DNA of 64,000 bases, taken from Gemmatimonadota bacterium (GTDB taxonomy: Bacteria > Gemmatimonadota > Gemmatimonadetes > Palauibacterales > Palauibacteraceae). The position numbers and the translations under genes were made by a program. Location: the NCBI GenBank assembly GCA_963666735.1, contig OY762926.1, positions 1,856,001-1,920,000 of the forward strand, in the 5' to 3' direction. Below are positions 30,607-47,393 of the stretch, piece after piece; position 1 is the stretch's first letter; every line of letters starts with the position of its first letter. The notes under the pieces are model-generated. The model was not told where the DNA came from. It did no database searches and saw only the letters and a program-made list of their open reading frames with translations.

Positions 30607-31576
30607 CCCGCGCGCCGCCGCCACCGAGGACGCGCCGCGGTCTGCTCGCCGCCGCGTTGGTGGCCGCGGCGCCGGTGGTGTACGGGTTCCTTTCCACCGA
30701 GTTTCGGGGACCCGGCATCCCGGATGGATCGGCGATCGATATCCGCGTGCCCGCGGGCTTCTCGTCGCGGCAGATCGCGCGTCTTCTCGAGGCGGAGGAG
30801 CTGATCTTCCATGCGCGCATCTTCGACACCTACGTTCGCCTTCGGGGTGCGGCGCGAGTCCTGAAGGCCGGCCGGTACGAAATCCCGCGCGGTGCATCGT
30901 ACGCCTACCTGCTCAAGGTTCTGCGCGACGGGGCCGTCGCCACCACCCCGCTCACGATCCCGGAGGGCCTGCGGGTCGAAGCCGTGGCGGAACGGATCGC
31001 GGAGTACACGGGAGAGGCCCCACGCTCGAGGGCTACCTCTTCCCCGAGACGTACCGCTTCGCGGAAGGGGTCGGGGTCCCGGCGATCGTGACCGCCATGG
31101 TCGGCCGGTACAAGGCGTTCTGGGGTGAGGAGGAGGGCGCGCGCGCCGCTGAAATCGGGATGGAGGAGCGGGAGGTCGTGACGCTCGCCAGTATCGTCGA
31201 GAAGGAGGTCCTATGGGGGGACGAGCGGCGCACCGTCTCCGGCGTGTATTGGAACCGTCTGCGGAGGGGGATGCTCCTCCAAGCCGATCCGACCGTGCAG
31301 TTCGCCCTCGGGGAACCGCGCGCGCGGCTCCTGTATCGCGATATCGATTCGGTCGCGGATCACCCGTATAACACGTACACGCAGCCGGGGCTGCCGCCGG
31401 GTCCGATCGCCTCGCCGGGGGCCGCGTCGCTGCGCGCCGCCCTCCACCCCGCCGAGCACGACTACATCTTCTTCGTGGCGCGGGGTGACGGGCGGCACGA
31501 GTTCACGCGCACGCTGCGCGAGCACAACGACGCCCGAAACCGCATCCGGCTCGCGCGCGACGCCGCCCAACGCTGA
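30603..31576 (+). pseudogene. mltG: mltG with deletion and frameshift (arm 2)
   Basis: Same lesion as arm 1, near 31015. Confidence 0.85.
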
Positions 31577-31617
31577 CGCCGCCCGGCCCACGCTCGCGCC
31601 TGGCGGCCGCCCGGGTC

Positions 31618-32223
31618 ATGGTGCTGACGCATCCCCGCCCGCGCAGCGGTCGCCCCCTGCACCAAGTCGTCGCCGAGTGCGTGGCCGCCGGGGTGCCGGT
31701 CATTCAGCTTCGCGACAAGACCGCCGACGCACGGGCGCTCACCGCCCAAGCCGCGGCCCTCCGCGCCGCCATGGACGGCTCCGGCGCGCTTCTCATCGTC
31801 AACGACCGCCTAGACGTCGCCCTCGCCGCCGGGGCCGACGGCGTCCACCTCGGCCCGGACGACCTCCCCCTCCACGCCGCGCGCGAACTCGCTCCCAAGG
31901 GCTTCCTCATCGGTTACTCCACCGACGATCCCACCGAAGCCCGCCGCGCGGCCCGCGCCGGCGCCGACTATCTCGGCGTCGGGGCCGTGTTCGGGACGCA
32001 CTCCAAGCCCGGCCTGGCCCATGAGGCCGTCGGTCCCGAGCGCGTGCGAGCCGTGCTTCGCTCAAGCGGGATTCCCTGTTTCGGCATCGGGGGCATCACC
32101 GCCCGTAACGCCCCAGCCGTCTTCGCCACCGGCGCCGCCATCGCCGTCCTGGGCGCGGTCATGCACGCCCCCGAGCCCTCCCAGGTTGTGCGCAGCCTCC
32201 TCAATCTCGCCCGGCGTCCCTAA
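31618..32223 (+). CDS. thiE: Thiamine-phosphate synthase (arm 2)
   Basis: Translation identical to 18930-19535. Confidence 0.92.
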   Translation: MVLTHPRPRSGRPLHQVVAECVAAGVPVIQLRDKTADARALTAQAAALRAAMDGSGALLIVNDRLDVALAAGADGVHLGPDDLPLHAARELAPKGFLIGYSTDDPTEARRAARAGADYLGVGAVFGTHSKPGLAHEAVGPERVRAVLRSSGIPCFGIGGITARNAPAVFATGAAIAVLGAVMHAPEPSQVVRSLLNLARRP

Positions 32224-32246
32224 GCTTCCCGTAAGCCTCTCGATGG

Positions 32247-32282
32247 AAAAAACGCCCCGCATCCTCTCGGATCCGGGGCGTT
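32247..32282 (-). terminator. Intrinsic terminator of the 23S-5S transcript
   Basis: Minus strand AACGCCCCGGATCC-GAGA-GGATGCGGGGCG followed by TTTTTT. Confidence 0.85.
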
Positions 32283-32297
32283 CATCCTCCTTCTAAA

Positions 32298-32415
32298 CGC
32301 CGGCAGCGACCTACTCTCCCAGGGCGTCCCCGCCCAAGTACCATCGGCGCTGAGGGGCTTAACTGCTGGGTTCGGGATGGGACCAGGTGTTTCCCCCTCG
32401 CTAAAGCCGCCGGCA
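32298..32415 (-). rRNA. rrf: 5S ribosomal RNA
   Basis: Conserved 5S segments CCCATCCCGAAC, GCCGATGGTAC, GGGAGAGTAGGTCG on the minus strand; complementary ends. Confidence 0.96.
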
Positions 32416-32493
32416 AACTGCGATCTGGCTAACGAGTCGAGTGCAGGGCGATCGAGCGCGCTGAAGCGCTTATCGACCTCGTATGAAAGATAT

Positions 32494-35518
<3,025 letters not shown>

Positions 35519-35582
35519 ATCTTCGTTGACGGCATCAAGCACCTCAGACGCACTCGGCGCCCAGCACTCTCACTCGCTACCG

Positions 35583-35598
35583 AATTGTCAAAAAAGCA
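35583..35598 (-). promoter_or_regulatory. boxA-like antitermination element
   Basis: TGCTTTTTTGACAATT resembles rrn boxA (TGCTCTTTAACAA). Confidence 0.6.
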
Positions 35599-35639
35599 AA
35601 CCCGCAAGACGCCCCAGGGCGCTCGCAGGGAAGACGGGT

Positions 35640-35668
35640 AAAGTAGGGTCGGTTCGGGGGAGCGTCAA
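35640..35668 (-). promoter_or_regulatory. Promoter of the 23S-5S unit
   Basis: TTGACG-N17-TACTTT between the atpC stop and the 23S gene. Confidence 0.75.
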
Positions 35669-35693
35669 GCACCCGTCGAGGACCCTGAAGAAA

Positions 35694-37468
<1,775 letters not shown>

Positions 37469-37511
37469 TCATGGCTATTGGTTCGTGAGCGGCGCCGCCG
37501 CCCCGTGTTTG

Positions 37512-38378
37512 TTATCCGTCCAGCGCATCCGCGCCGCCGATGATTTCCGCAATCTGATTCGTGATCTCGGCCTGGCGGGCACGGTTGTACGTCCGCCGCA
37601 GGTTGTCGAGGAACTCGTTCGCGTTGTCCGTCGCCGACTTCATCGCCGTCCTGCGGGCCGCCTGCTCCGCCGCCGCCGTCTCCAGCAGCGCGCTGTACGT
37701 CGAGTTCGTGATGTAGAGCGGCAGGAGATGATCGAGGATTCCTTCCTCCGACGGATCCAGGATATAGAAGGGCTGCGGACCCTTTCGCGCCTCGCCCACC
37801 CCGACCGGCAGGACCTGACGGACGGTGGGCGGCGTGCTCACCATGTTCCGGAACTCTGCGAACACGAGCCGTACGGCGTCGAGTTCGCCCGCCACGAAGC
37901 GCGCGGCCAGATCATCGATCAGGCTCCGCGCATCGTTCACCGCCGGAGGGTCCCCCAGGTCGTTGCGGGTCTGCGTCATCCCTACGCCGCGGAAGCGGAA
38001 ATACGAGATCCCCTTGTTCCCGTAGACGTGGAACTCCACCTCGGCCCCCGCTTCCTCCAGTTCGCGGAGCTGTGCCTGCGCAGTGCGGATGAGATTCGTG
38101 TTGAAGGCGCCGCACAGTCCCCGATTACTCGTCAGGAGGACGAGCGCGGCCCGCTCGATGCGGGCGGGCTGCCGCAGCAGGGGCTGGGACTCCGCCAGGT
38201 CCGGGGTGGCGAGCCGGGCGATCATGTCCATGAGTTGCGCCGAGTACGGACGCGCACGGATGACCCGCCCCTGCGCCTGCGCCAGCTTGGCGGTCGCGAC
38301 CATTTCCATGGTGCGCGTGATCTTCTTCGTGCTGTCGACGGATTTCATCCGCCGATAGATGTCCCTCGACTTGCTCAT
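37512..38378 (-). CDS. atpG: ATP synthase gamma subunit
   Basis: [26 protein letters not shown] motifs. Confidence 0.97.
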   Translation of the reverse strand: MSKSRDIYRRMKSVDSTKKITRTMEMVATAKLAQAQGRVIRARPYSAQLMDMIARLATPDLAESQPLLRQPARIERAALVLLTSNRGLCGAFNTNLIRTAQAQLRELEEAGAEVEFHVYGNKGISYFRFRGVGMTQTRNDLGDPPAVNDARSLIDDLAARFVAGELDAVRLVFAEFRNMVSTPPTVRQVLPVGVGEARKGPQPFYILDPSEEGILDHLLPLYITNSTYSALLETAAAEQAARRTAMKSATDNANEFLDNLRRTYNRARQAEITNQIAEIIGGADALDG

Positions 38379-39988
38379 GCCGCGGCGTCCGCAGCGTCCC
38401 CTCGGGAGGCGCCGTCGTGGGCGAAGATGTCGGAATAGGAGCCGATCGCCTCGCGCAGCGCGGCTTCGGTCTCATCCGACATCACCCTCTCCTCCCGGAT
38501 CGCCTGACCGGTCTCCGGATGGTTCGTGCTCATGTAGTCGAGGAAACCGACCTCCCAGCCGCGGATGCGCGACACGTCGAGGTCGTCGAGGTGTCCCTGC
38601 GTGGCCGCGAAGATCACCATCACCTGCTCCTCGACCGTCATCGGCTCGTACTGTCCCTGCTTCAGGATCTCGACCGTGCGCCGGCCCCGGTCCAGCTGGC
38701 GCTGCGTCGCTGCGTCCAGCTCCGTGCCGAACTGCGCGAAGGCCTCGATCTCGCGGAACTGCGCCAAGTCGAGGCGCAGCCGTCCGGCGACCTTCTTCAT
38801 GGCCTTGATCTGCGCGTTTCCGCCCACGCGCGAGACCGAGATCCCCACGTTCACCGCCGGGCGCACGCCCGAGTAGAAAAGATCGGTCTCGAGGAAGATC
38901 TGGCCGTCGGTGATCGAGATCACGTTCGTCGGGATGTAGGCCGACACGTCACCCGCCGCCGTCTGGATGATGGGGAGCGCGGTCAGCGAACCGCCCGGCT
39001 TCTTGATGTCCGGGTGGCCGGCGATGGCGTCCGCATCGTTGCTGATCTTCGCCGCCCGCTCGAGCAGCCGGCTGTGCAGGTAGAAGACGTCCCCGGGATA
39101 CGCCTCGCGCCCCGGCGGACGCCGCAGGATGAGGGAGGCCTCGCGGTACGCGTCGGCCTGCTTCGTGAGGTCGTCGTAGATGACGAGGACCGCCTTCCCC
39201 TCCTCGTACATGAAGTACTCGCCGATCGCGCAGGCGGCGTACGGGGCCATGAACTGCATCGGCGCGGGGTCCGCAGCGTTCGCGGCGACCACGACCGTGT
39301 AGTCGAGCGCGCCCTCCTCGCGCAGCCGCTCGACGATCCCGGCGACCGTCGAGCCCTTCTGCCCGATCGCGCAGTAAACGCAGATGACGTCCTCGCCCTT
39401 CTGGTTGATGATCGCGTCGATCGCCACCGCCGTCTTGCCCGTGCCGCGGTCTCCGATGATCAGTTCGCGCTGGCCGCGGCCGATCGGGATCATCGAGTCG
39501 ATCGCCTTGAGGCCCGTCTGCAGCGGCTCGTTCACCGGCTGCCGGTACACGATGCCGGGCGCCTTCCGGTCGACCTTCATGTAGGTCACCGTCTCGATCG
39601 GCCCGTGGCCGTCGCGCGGCTGCCCCAGCGTGTCCACGACGCGGCCGAGAATCGCCGGACCGACGGGCACGGCGAGGACGCGACCGGTACGGCGCACCGG
39701 ATCTCCCTCCTTGAGGGCGAGATAATCGCCGAGGATCACGGCGCCGATGTTGTCTTCCTCCAGGTTGGAGGCGAGACCGATCACCGAGACCCCGCTGTCG
39801 CGGGACGTGATCTCGAGCATCTCGTTGGCGACGCACGTCGAGAGACCCCAGATGCGGGCCACGCCGTCCTTCACCTCGAGAACCTCGCCCACCTCCTCGA
39901 CCCGGAGTTCCTCCTCGTAGCGGTCGATCTGCTCGAGCAGGGCCTTCTTGATCTCGCTCGCTCGAAGGGAGCTATCGAAACCTGTCAT
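38375..39988 (-). CDS. atpA: ATP synthase alpha subunit
   Basis: GDRGTGKT and [21 protein letters not shown] motifs. Confidence 0.98.
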   Translation of the reverse strand: MTGFDSSLRASEIKKALLEQIDRYEEELRVEEVGEVLEVKDGVARIWGLSTCVANEMLEITSRDSGVSVIGLASNLEEDNIGAVILGDYLALKEGDPVRRTGRVLAVPVGPAILGRVVDTLGQPRDGHGPIETVTYMKVDRKAPGIVYRQPVNEPLQTGLKAIDSMIPIGRGQRELIIGDRGTGKTAVAIDAIINQKGEDVICVYCAIGQKGSTVAGIVERLREEGALDYTVVVAANAADPAPMQFMAPYAACAIGEYFMYEEGKAVLVIYDDLTKQADAYREASLILRRPPGREAYPGDVFYLHSRLLERAAKISNDADAIAGHPDIKKPGGSLTALPIIQTAAGDVSAYIPTNVISITDGQIFLETDLFYSGVRPAVNVGISVSRVGGNAQIKAMKKVAGRLRLDLAQFREIEAFAQFGTELDAATQRQLDRGRRTVEILKQGQYEPMTVEEQVMVIFAATQGHLDDLDVSRIRGWEVGFLDYMSTNHPETGQAIREERVMSDETEAALREAIGSYSDIFAHDGASRGDAADAAA

Positions 39989-40034
39989 CGTCTTCTCTTC
40001 TCTATTTCTCGTTGCTTCACGTTTGCCGACCGTC

Positions 40035-40568
40035 TCAGTACAGTTCGCGCCGCATCTGCTCGAGTTGCCGCCGCAGCGATGCGTCCAGCAACTCGTCGCC
40101 GACGCGGATGATCACGCCGCCCAGAATCTTCGGGTCCTCGTGGAACTCGGGGACGACCTCCCGCTCGAAGCGCCGCTCCAGCGCCGAAACCACCTCGCTT
40201 CGGACGCGGTCATCCGCCTCGAAGGGCAGCGTCACGGTGGCGCGGATCCGTCCCGCCTTCTCGTCCAGGAGATCGCGGTAGGCGTGTGCGATCCCCGGGA
40301 GGGCCCGCTGCCGGTGGCGGTCCAGGATGACGAGCAGGAAGCGGATGAAGAGATCCGGCGCCCTTCCGGAAAGTGCCGCCCGGATCGCCTCCTTCTTCTC
40401 GAACAGCGACACCGCGGGCACTTCCAGGAAACGCTGGAAGTCGGGGACGTTGGCGTACAGGTCGCCGATCTCCTCGATCAGCCGCCCGTACGCCGCCTCG
40501 CTCCCGTCCCGCGCCGCGAGTTCGAACAGAGTCCCCGCGTAGTTGCGGGCCACCGCCGAGGCGCTCAT
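40035..40568 (-). CDS. atpH: ATP synthase delta subunit
   Basis: [10 protein letters not shown] and [17 protein letters not shown] motifs. Confidence 0.95.
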   Translation of the reverse strand: MSASAVARNYAGTLFELAARDGSEAAYGRLIEEIGDLYANVPDFQRFLEVPAVSLFEKKEAIRAALSGRAPDLFIRFLLVILDRHRQRALPGIAHAYRDLLDEKAGRIRATVTLPFEADDRVRSEVVSALERRFEREVVPEFHEDPKILGGVIIRVGDELLDASLRRQLEQMRRELY

Positions 40569-40598
40569 CGCTCCGTCACCGGTCCTCGGGCCATCACA

Positions 40599-41153
40599 CT
40601 AGACGTCCGACACGAACTCGCGCACGAGACGCCGGTTCTCCTCGGCGTCCAGCCGCGCCCGGATCAGCCGCTCGGAGGCCGCCAGCGCGAGATCCACGGC
40701 ATCCCGCCGGATCTCCTCCCGCAGCCGGTCCCGTTCGTGTCCGATCTCTCGACGGGCGTCGTCGAGCATCTGCGCCTGCTGCGCCCGCGCCTCCTCCAGC
40801 ATCTCCTTGCGGAGACCGTCGGAGTGCTGCCGAGCCTTCTCCAGCATTTCCCGTGCCTCGCCGCGGGCCGCTTCCAGCGCGGCTTCCTGCTGCGAGAGCA
40901 GCCTCTTCGCCTCGTCCCGCGCGGCGAGGGCATCGTCGATGGCGCCCTGGATCTTGTCGTGCCTCTGCTCGAGTCCGCCCGCGATGAGCGGGAAGACCCA
41001 CTTCGCCAGGACGAGGAGCGTGAGCACGAACAGGACGATCGTCCAGACGAAGAGTCCCAGATTGAGCGAGAAGATCCCGGTCTCCGTCTGGGCCGCCAGC
41101 GCCGGCGGCGTAGCGAGCGCCCAGCAGCCGGCGACCCCGGCCGAACGCATCAT
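40599..41153 (-). CDS. atpF: ATP synthase subunit b
   Basis: One TM helix then a long coiled coil; operon position. Confidence 0.93.
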   Translation of the reverse strand: MMRSAGVAGCWALATPPALAAQTETGIFSLNLGLFVWTIVLFVLTLLVLAKWVFPLIAGGLEQRHDKIQGAIDDALAARDEAKRLLSQQEAALEAARGEAREMLEKARQHSDGLRKEMLEEARAQQAQMLDDARREIGHERDRLREEIRRDAVDLALAASERLIRARLDAEENRRLVREFVSDV

Positions 41154-41407
41154 CCGCGGATGAAGCCGGCGATCACGAGTCCGAACAGCGCCACACCCTC
41201 GATGAACACGGCCAATACGATGGCGGCCGTCTGGATGGTCTGCGCTTCCTCCGGCTGGCGGGCCATCGCTTCCGTCATGCGCCCGCCGATGAGACCGATT
41301 CCGATCCCGGCTCCGAGCACGGAGAGCCCGCCACCGACGATGGCGAGACCGATTGCGAGGCCGTCGCCCGTCGACATGCCCTGCAGTAGCGTCAACATGT
41401 TCAGCAT
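41150..41407 (-). CDS. atpE: ATP synthase subunit c
   Basis: GAGIGIG, ARQPE loop, FIEGVAL carboxylate; no Na+-type ES/T signature. Confidence 0.95.
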   Translation of the reverse strand: MLNMLTLLQGMSTGDGLAIGLAIVGGGLSVLGAGIGIGLIGGRMTEAMARQPEEAQTIQTAAIVLAVFIEGVALFGLVIAGFIRG

Positions 41408-41506
41408 CGTTGGCTCCAGTTTCCTTTCTCTGTCGGGGGTTCGGACGACACCCCCCGTTCCGTCCGCGCCTCTCCGGCGCGGAAGTTGCCCGCGGACCCT
41501 CCCGGG

Positions 41507-42505
41507 TCAGTGCGCGTGGCGAATCAATCCGATGAACACCGAGACCAGCATCGCGAAGATGTACGCCTGAAGAAGCGCGATGAAGATCTCCAGCATCATC
41601 ACGAACAGCGCGAGGCCCATGGACCCCAGAATCGTCGCGGCCCCGACCGTCGTCCCGAAGACTCCCTGACCGATCATCGGGCCGTAGGTGAGGATGAGGC
41701 CCATGAAGGCGAGGATGACGAAGTGCCCCGCCGTCATGTTGGCGAAGAGCCGGATCGCGAGCGCCATGATCTTCGAGAACTTCGCGATCAGTTCGACCGG
41801 GGCCATGATGAGCAGCGTAACCGGCTTCAGCGGCCCGGGCAGCCCGGGCGGCAGAAAGAAGACGGTTTTCGCGTAGCCCAGCGGGCCGAGGGCGATGAAC
41901 CCCGCCGTCTCGATGACGACGAGCGCGATGATCGCGAGCGCGGCGGTGACCATGATGTTCCCCGTCGCCGTCGCGCCGAAGGGGATCAGGCCGAGCAGGT
42001 TCGCGTACAGGATGAAGAAGAAGAAGGTGATGACGAGCGGGACGAACCTCTCTCCGCCGCGGCCGATGTTGGCCATCACGACGTCATCCCTCAGGTAGAG
42101 ATAGAAGGCCTCCATTCCGTTGAGGAGCCCTCCGGGGGCCTTCTCGCCCTCCTTGAGCCGCTCCGTCGAGCGGGCGGCCATGAACATCGTCACGATCGTG
42201 AGAACGGCCGCGAACATCAGGAACAGCACGTGCTTCGTGATCGAAAGGTCGACCTCGAGGCCGCCGATATTGAAGGCCGGGAGCTCCGGAAGATGGATCT
42301 CGCCGAAGGGTCCGAACTCCCAGGTGCCCGAGTCCACGACGTGGTGCATCATGACTTCGGTGCCCCACTCCTCGGCGTGCTCGCCCGCCGCCGCGGCTTC
42401 GCCGTGGTGTTCCTGGGCAGCCGCAGCCGCGGGGGCGGCGTGCTCCTGTACCCGCTCCGTCAGACTCCTCAGGGAGGCCATCGATCTATCGAGCACCCGG
42501 TTCAT
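41507..42505 (-). CDS. atpB: ATP synthase subunit a
   Basis: LAIRLFANMTAGH and LQAYIF motifs. Confidence 0.96.
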   Translation of the reverse strand: MNRVLDRSMASLRSLTERVQEHAAPAAAAAQEHHGEAAAAGEHAEEWGTEVMMHHVVDSGTWEFGPFGEIHLPELPAFNIGGLEVDLSITKHVLFLMFAAVLTIVTMFMAARSTERLKEGEKAPGGLLNGMEAFYLYLRDDVVMANIGRGGERFVPLVITFFFFILYANLLGLIPFGATATGNIMVTAALAIIALVVIETAGFIALGPLGYAKTVFFLPPGLPGPLKPVTLLIMAPVELIAKFSKIMALAIRLFANMTAGHFVILAFMGLILTYGPMIGQGVFGTTVGAATILGSMGLALFVMMLEIFIALLQAYIFAMLVSVFIGLIRHAH

Positions 42506-42899
42506 CCGGTCGCGCGTTCCGTGTCGAGTTGGTCTTATTGGTCTTCGTGCGCGCGAGCGCGAGCCACAAGGCTTCCGTCCACAACAACACCAGCATGGCG
42601 AGTCCGTATGCGATGGGCAGATCGGGCGTCGCCGCTCCCGTCCATGCCAGTCCGCCCGTCACGGCCAGCCCTCCCATGCGGAGACCGATCCCGCCCAGCC
42701 AGGGCCGGGTCGCCCGCCGTCCCGCCAGGAGCGCACGGTTCAGCGGCCAGACCGCGACCACCTGAATCAACCAGGCCGAAGCGATCCCCCATGTGCGCTC
42801 GCCGTCCCGCAGCCACGCGGCCGCCGCCACCGCCAGCCCCAATGTGGCCAGCGCATAGGTCGGTGTACGCCGCATCCAACGTGTGGGAGTACCCTTCAC
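42486..42899 (-). CDS. AtpI-like membrane protein
   Basis: Four hydrophobic segments; sits immediately upstream of atpB. Confidence 0.6.
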   Translation of the reverse strand: MKGTPTRWMRRTPTYALATLGLAVAAAAWLRDGERTWGIASAWLIQVVAVWPLNRALLAGRRATRPWLGGIGLRMGGLAVTGGLAWTGAATPDLPIAYGLAMLVLLWTEALWLALARTKTNKTNSTRNARPDEPGAR

Positions 42900-43210
42900 T
42901 TCCCGCGGTCCGCCTCCCCGCCGGTCTCATCGGCCGCAGCGCGTTCGCGCTGTGCCGCCAGCCGGCCGAACATGCTGTAGCAACCTCCCGCGAACCCCGC
43001 GAACACTCCGAGGAGCACGAAGAGAGGCGCGGTCCCGAGACGGTTGTCGAGCCAGTTGCCGCCGACGGCGAGGAGCGCGATCGCCAAACCCATCGCGATC
43101 CCGAGGCTCGCGAATTCCGAGCCCGCCGCCTTCGCGTACCGGCGGCCGATGCTCCCCTGTGGTTTCTCGGGTTCCGGCCGGTTCGTCGAACCGGGAGGCG
43201 GCTGGCGCAT
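42896..43210 (-). CDS. AtpZ/AtpI-family protein
   Basis: GNWLDNRLGTAPLFVLLG motif; first gene of the atp operon. Confidence 0.8.
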   Translation of the reverse strand: MRQPPPGSTNRPEPEKPQGSIGRRYAKAAGSEFASLGIAMGLAIALLAVGGNWLDNRLGTAPLFVLLGVFAGFAGGCYSMFGRLAAQRERAAADETGGEADRGK

Positions 43211-43249
43211 GAGGATACATCTCCGTCGTCGGAGCCCCACGCCGACCGC

Positions 43250-43300
43250 TTGTGAAAAATTTCCCAAGCCCAATCTGTCCGCTTGTGAAAAATTTCGCAA
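43250..43300. promoter_or_regulatory. Two Rex-operator-like palindromes
   Basis: TTGTGAAAAATTTCCCAA (43250-43267) and TTGTGAAAAATTTCGCAA (43283-43300), each one mismatch from TTGTGAA-N4-TTCACAA. Confidence 0.7.
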
Positions 43301-43443
43301 TGCCGGTTTCGCTTGACGCTGGGCAGAGAAGGCCTAGGTTGCTGCCACCATATTGAAGGCCTCTGGTCAACTCCGAAATGGCCTCGCCGACGCCCGGGTC
43401 TCGCAGTCCCGCGGCCCCCCTCACGCCTGGAGCCGATTGAGTC

Positions 43444-44454
<1,011 letters not shown>

Positions 44455-44534
44455 ACGTTGGACGAAACCGACAGTACGCAGCTCTCACCGACAGTTCGGG
44501 CGAGCCCCGAGGCTCCGGCCGGGGTCCGCCGCCC

Positions 44535-45758
44535 ATGACCGGCACCTTCGCGCTGCTCGCCTTCCTTCTCATCTGCTCCGGGTTCTTCTCCGGCGCCGAG
44601 ATCGCGCTCTTTTCGCTCGGGGAACCTCGGGTCCGCGCCCTTGCACGCGAGAATCGTCCGGGGGGGCGAGCGCTCGAGCGGCTGAAGCGGAACCCCGAGC
44701 GACTGCTCATTGTCATCCTGATCGGGAACAACGTCGCCAACATCGGGGCTGCGGCGGTTGCGACCTACACGGCGACCGAACTGTTCGGCTCCGCGGGGGT
44801 GGGGCTCGCCACGGGCGTCATGACGCTCCTGGTCCTCTTCTTCGGAGAGATCACGCCGAAGAGTTTCGCGGCGCGTAACGCGGACCGGCTCTCGCTGTTG
44901 GCCGCTCCGTTTCTCGCGGCCCTGGGGCGCCTGCTCCTGCCGGTCGTCCTCCCGCTCGAATGGCTCGTGCGGCGGGTGCTGCCCGACACCGGGAGCGGGA
45001 CGCACGTGAGCGAGTGGGAGATCCGCGCCATGGCGCGCCTCGGGCATCAGTCGGGCGACATCGAAGCGCACGAGCGCCAGTTCATCGACCGCGTGTTCAC
45101 GCTGGACCGGCGGCGCGCGAGGGAGATCATGATCCCCCGGGTCGAAATCCTCGCCTGGGAGGACTCGCGCAGCCTCGGGGACATCGCGGAGGAACTCGCC
45201 GACGTGCGCTTCAGCCGGATCCCCGTATACGGCGAATCGCTCGACGACGTGACCGGCGTGCTGTACCGGACCGAAGCGTACCGGGCGCTGCTCGGCGGGC
45301 GGCGGAAGCTCCCGCTCTCGGCCGTCGCCCGCGAACCCTACTTCGTGCCGGATACGGTCACCCTCATCGAACTGCTCGAGCAGTTTCGGGCGCGCCGCGT
45401 GCACATGGGGCTCGTGGTGGATGAACACGGCGGGCTCGACGGACTCGTGACGCTCGAGGACATCCTCGAGGAACTGGTCGGCGACATCGTGGACGAAACC
45501 GATTTGCCGCCCGAACCCATCATCCGGCTGCGAGGGGACGAGATCGCCGTGGACGGCGGCGCCGAACTGCGGGAGATCAACGACTTCTTCGGGACCGCGT
45601 TCCCGGTGGTCGAGCACCGGTCGCTGAACGGCTTCCTCCTGGGCGAGCTGGGCCGGGTGCCCGAGGCGGGAGAGGTGGTCGAGCACGGCGATGTGCGGAT
45701 ACGGGTCGTCGCGAGCACCGGCACGCAGGTGACGCGCGCCCGGATCCGCCGGAACTAG
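44535..45758 (+). CDS. CNNM/CorC (hemolysin-like) membrane protein with CBS pair
   Basis: FFSGAEIA, FGEITPK, SRIPVY, VVDEHGG, TLEDILEELVGDI motifs. Confidence 0.92.
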   Translation: MTGTFALLAFLLICSGFFSGAEIALFSLGEPRVRALARENRPGGRALERLKRNPERLLIVILIGNNVANIGAAAVATYTATELFGSAGVGLATGVMTLLVLFFGEITPKSFAARNADRLSLLAAPFLAALGRLLLPVVLPLEWLVRRVLPDTGSGTHVSEWEIRAMARLGHQSGDIEAHERQFIDRVFTLDRRRAREIMIPRVEILAWEDSRSLGDIAEELADVRFSRIPVYGESLDDVTGVLYRTEAYRALLGGRRKLPLSAVAREPYFVPDTVTLIELLEQFRARRVHMGLVVDEHGGLDGLVTLEDILEELVGDIVDETDLPPEPIIRLRGDEIAVDGGAELREINDFFGTAFPVVEHRSLNGFLLGELGRVPEAGEVVEHGDVRIRVVASTGTQVTRARIRRN

Positions 45759-46543
45759 TGCGGCGTCGAGGCGACGAAACCTGCGGTGGCCGAGCGCAGA
45801 TACCAGTCGAACAGCGCGTCACCGAACAGGAATGCGACGGCGGCGCCGAGCGCGAGGAAGGTGCCGAAGGGAACGGGCTTCCCCGTGCGGAGCGAGACCG
45901 GACCGTAGACGAGAGCCCCGGCGAGCGCGCCCAGGAAGATCGTGAGGAGGGTGCCGCCGGGGCCGAGGAAGGCACCCACCAGCGCCATCATCTTCACGTC
46001 GCCGCCGCCGAGGGCGGGCTTGCGCAACGCCTTCTCGCCCAACCACCCGACCACGTAGAGAAGTCCGAAGCCCAGAACGGCGCCGGCGATCGCCGCGCCC
46101 GGCGGCGTCGACCCGGGGAGCGCCGAGAGGGCAAGGCCCGCGGCGCACCCGCCCACGGATAGCGCGTCGGGGATGATGTAGTGACGCGCATCGATCACCG
46201 CGATCGCGAGGAGGAGCGTGAACAGGACGGCGCCCGTCGGCGCGGCGACCGATGCTCCGTACCGCCACGCCATGCCGCCCCAGATCACGGCCGCCGCCAG
46301 TTCGATCGCCGGGTAGCGCCAGGAGATGCGGCCGCCGCAATCGCGGCAGCGTCCCCGCAGGCGCAACCATGAGAGCACGGGAACGTTGTCGAACCAGCGG
46401 ATCGCCGCGCCGCACGCCGGGCAGCGGCTGCGCGGGCGAACGACGCTGTGCTCTGCGGGCATGCGCGTGATGCACACGTTGAGGAAGGAGCCGGCCGCCA
46501 ACCCCAACAGCGCGGCTCCGCCGACAATCGCAGCGTCAGCCAC
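45755..46543 (-). CDS. pilD: Type IV prepilin peptidase
   Basis: GSFLNVCI, two CxxC motifs, GGGDVK, PFGTFL. Confidence 0.92.
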   Translation of the reverse strand: MADAAIVGGAALLGLAAGSFLNVCITRMPAEHSVVRPRSRCPACGAAIRWFDNVPVLSWLRLRGRCRDCGGRISWRYPAIELAAAVIWGGMAWRYGASVAAPTGAVLFTLLLAIAVIDARHYIIPDALSVGGCAAGLALSALPGSTPPGAAIAGAVLGFGLLYVVGWLGEKALRKPALGGGDVKMMALVGAFLGPGGTLLTIFLGALAGALVYGPVSLRTGKPVPFGTFLALGAAVAFLFGDALFDWYLRSATAGFVASTPH

Positions 46544-47306
46544 TCGGGTGCCCGGTCCGCATCCGGTCGAGCAGGATGGCGCCCGCCGATGCCACATTCA
46601 GCGACTCCACGCCGTGGGCGAGCGGCACGGCGACGGCGCGGCCGGCGGCGGCGCGCAGAGAGGCGGAGACGCCGTGCGCCTCGCTGCCGAGCGCGAGCGC
46701 AACCGGCCCGGGAGGCGGACCCTCGAGCGGCGTACCGTCGGCCGCAGCGACCCAGATGGGGACCCCTCGCCCGGCAAGCCGCGCCACGGCATCCCGGGTG
46801 TGCGTTCGGAAGACGGGGCCGCGGAACGACGCTCCCGCCGAGGCCCGCAGCGCCTTCGGCCCCCAGGGATCGGCGGTCTCTCCAACGCCGATCACGGCGG
46901 CCGCTCCGAGCGCGAGCGCGGTGCGCACGAGGGCGCCGACGTTTCCCGGATCCTGCACGCCGTCGAGAAGCACGATCGCGCCCTCGCCCACGTCGTCCCA
47001 GCCGTACGCCGGCACTTCGCCGATCGCGAGGATGGGCTGGGGCGTGGCGGCATCGGCCAGCGTCCGGATGATCGCTTCGGGCACGGCTTCCGTACGCACG
47101 CCCCGCGCCAGCGCGCACGCGAGCAGCGCCTCCAGTTCCGAATCGCTACCCGCCGCTTCGGCGTGCAGCACCGCAACGGTGCGCCCGGTCCACTCGAGCA
47201 TCTCACCGACGAGCCGCCGCCCCTCGGCCAGGAAGCACCCGGTTTCCCGGCGTCCCTTTCCGCGGTGCAACGACCGCCAGGCCCTGATCTCCGCGCGCGT
47301 CGGCAT
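46536..47306 (-). CDS. TrmH/SpoU-family RNA methyltransferase
   Basis: [31 protein letters not shown] motifs. Confidence 0.92.
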   Translation of the reverse strand: MPTRAEIRAWRSLHRGKGRRETGCFLAEGRRLVGEMLEWTGRTVAVLHAEAAGSDSELEALLACALARGVRTEAVPEAIIRTLADAATPQPILAIGEVPAYGWDDVGEGAIVLLDGVQDPGNVGALVRTALALGAAAVIGVGETADPWGPKALRASAGASFRGPVFRTHTRDAVARLAGRGVPIWVAAADGTPLEGPPPGPVALALGSEAHGVSASLRAAAGRAVAVPLAHGVESLNVASAGAILLDRMRTGHPSG

Positions 47307-47393
47307 ACCCCTATTTTACGCCGAGTCACAACGCAGTGTCATCGCGCCGGCGGAACCGGCGCACCAGAGCGAACCGGGCGGAGCGGATACGTG

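Larger units (their letters stand above)
27896..32243 (+). repeat. Arm 2 of the 4348-bp inverted duplication
   Basis: Reverse complement of 18910-23257. Confidence 0.95.
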
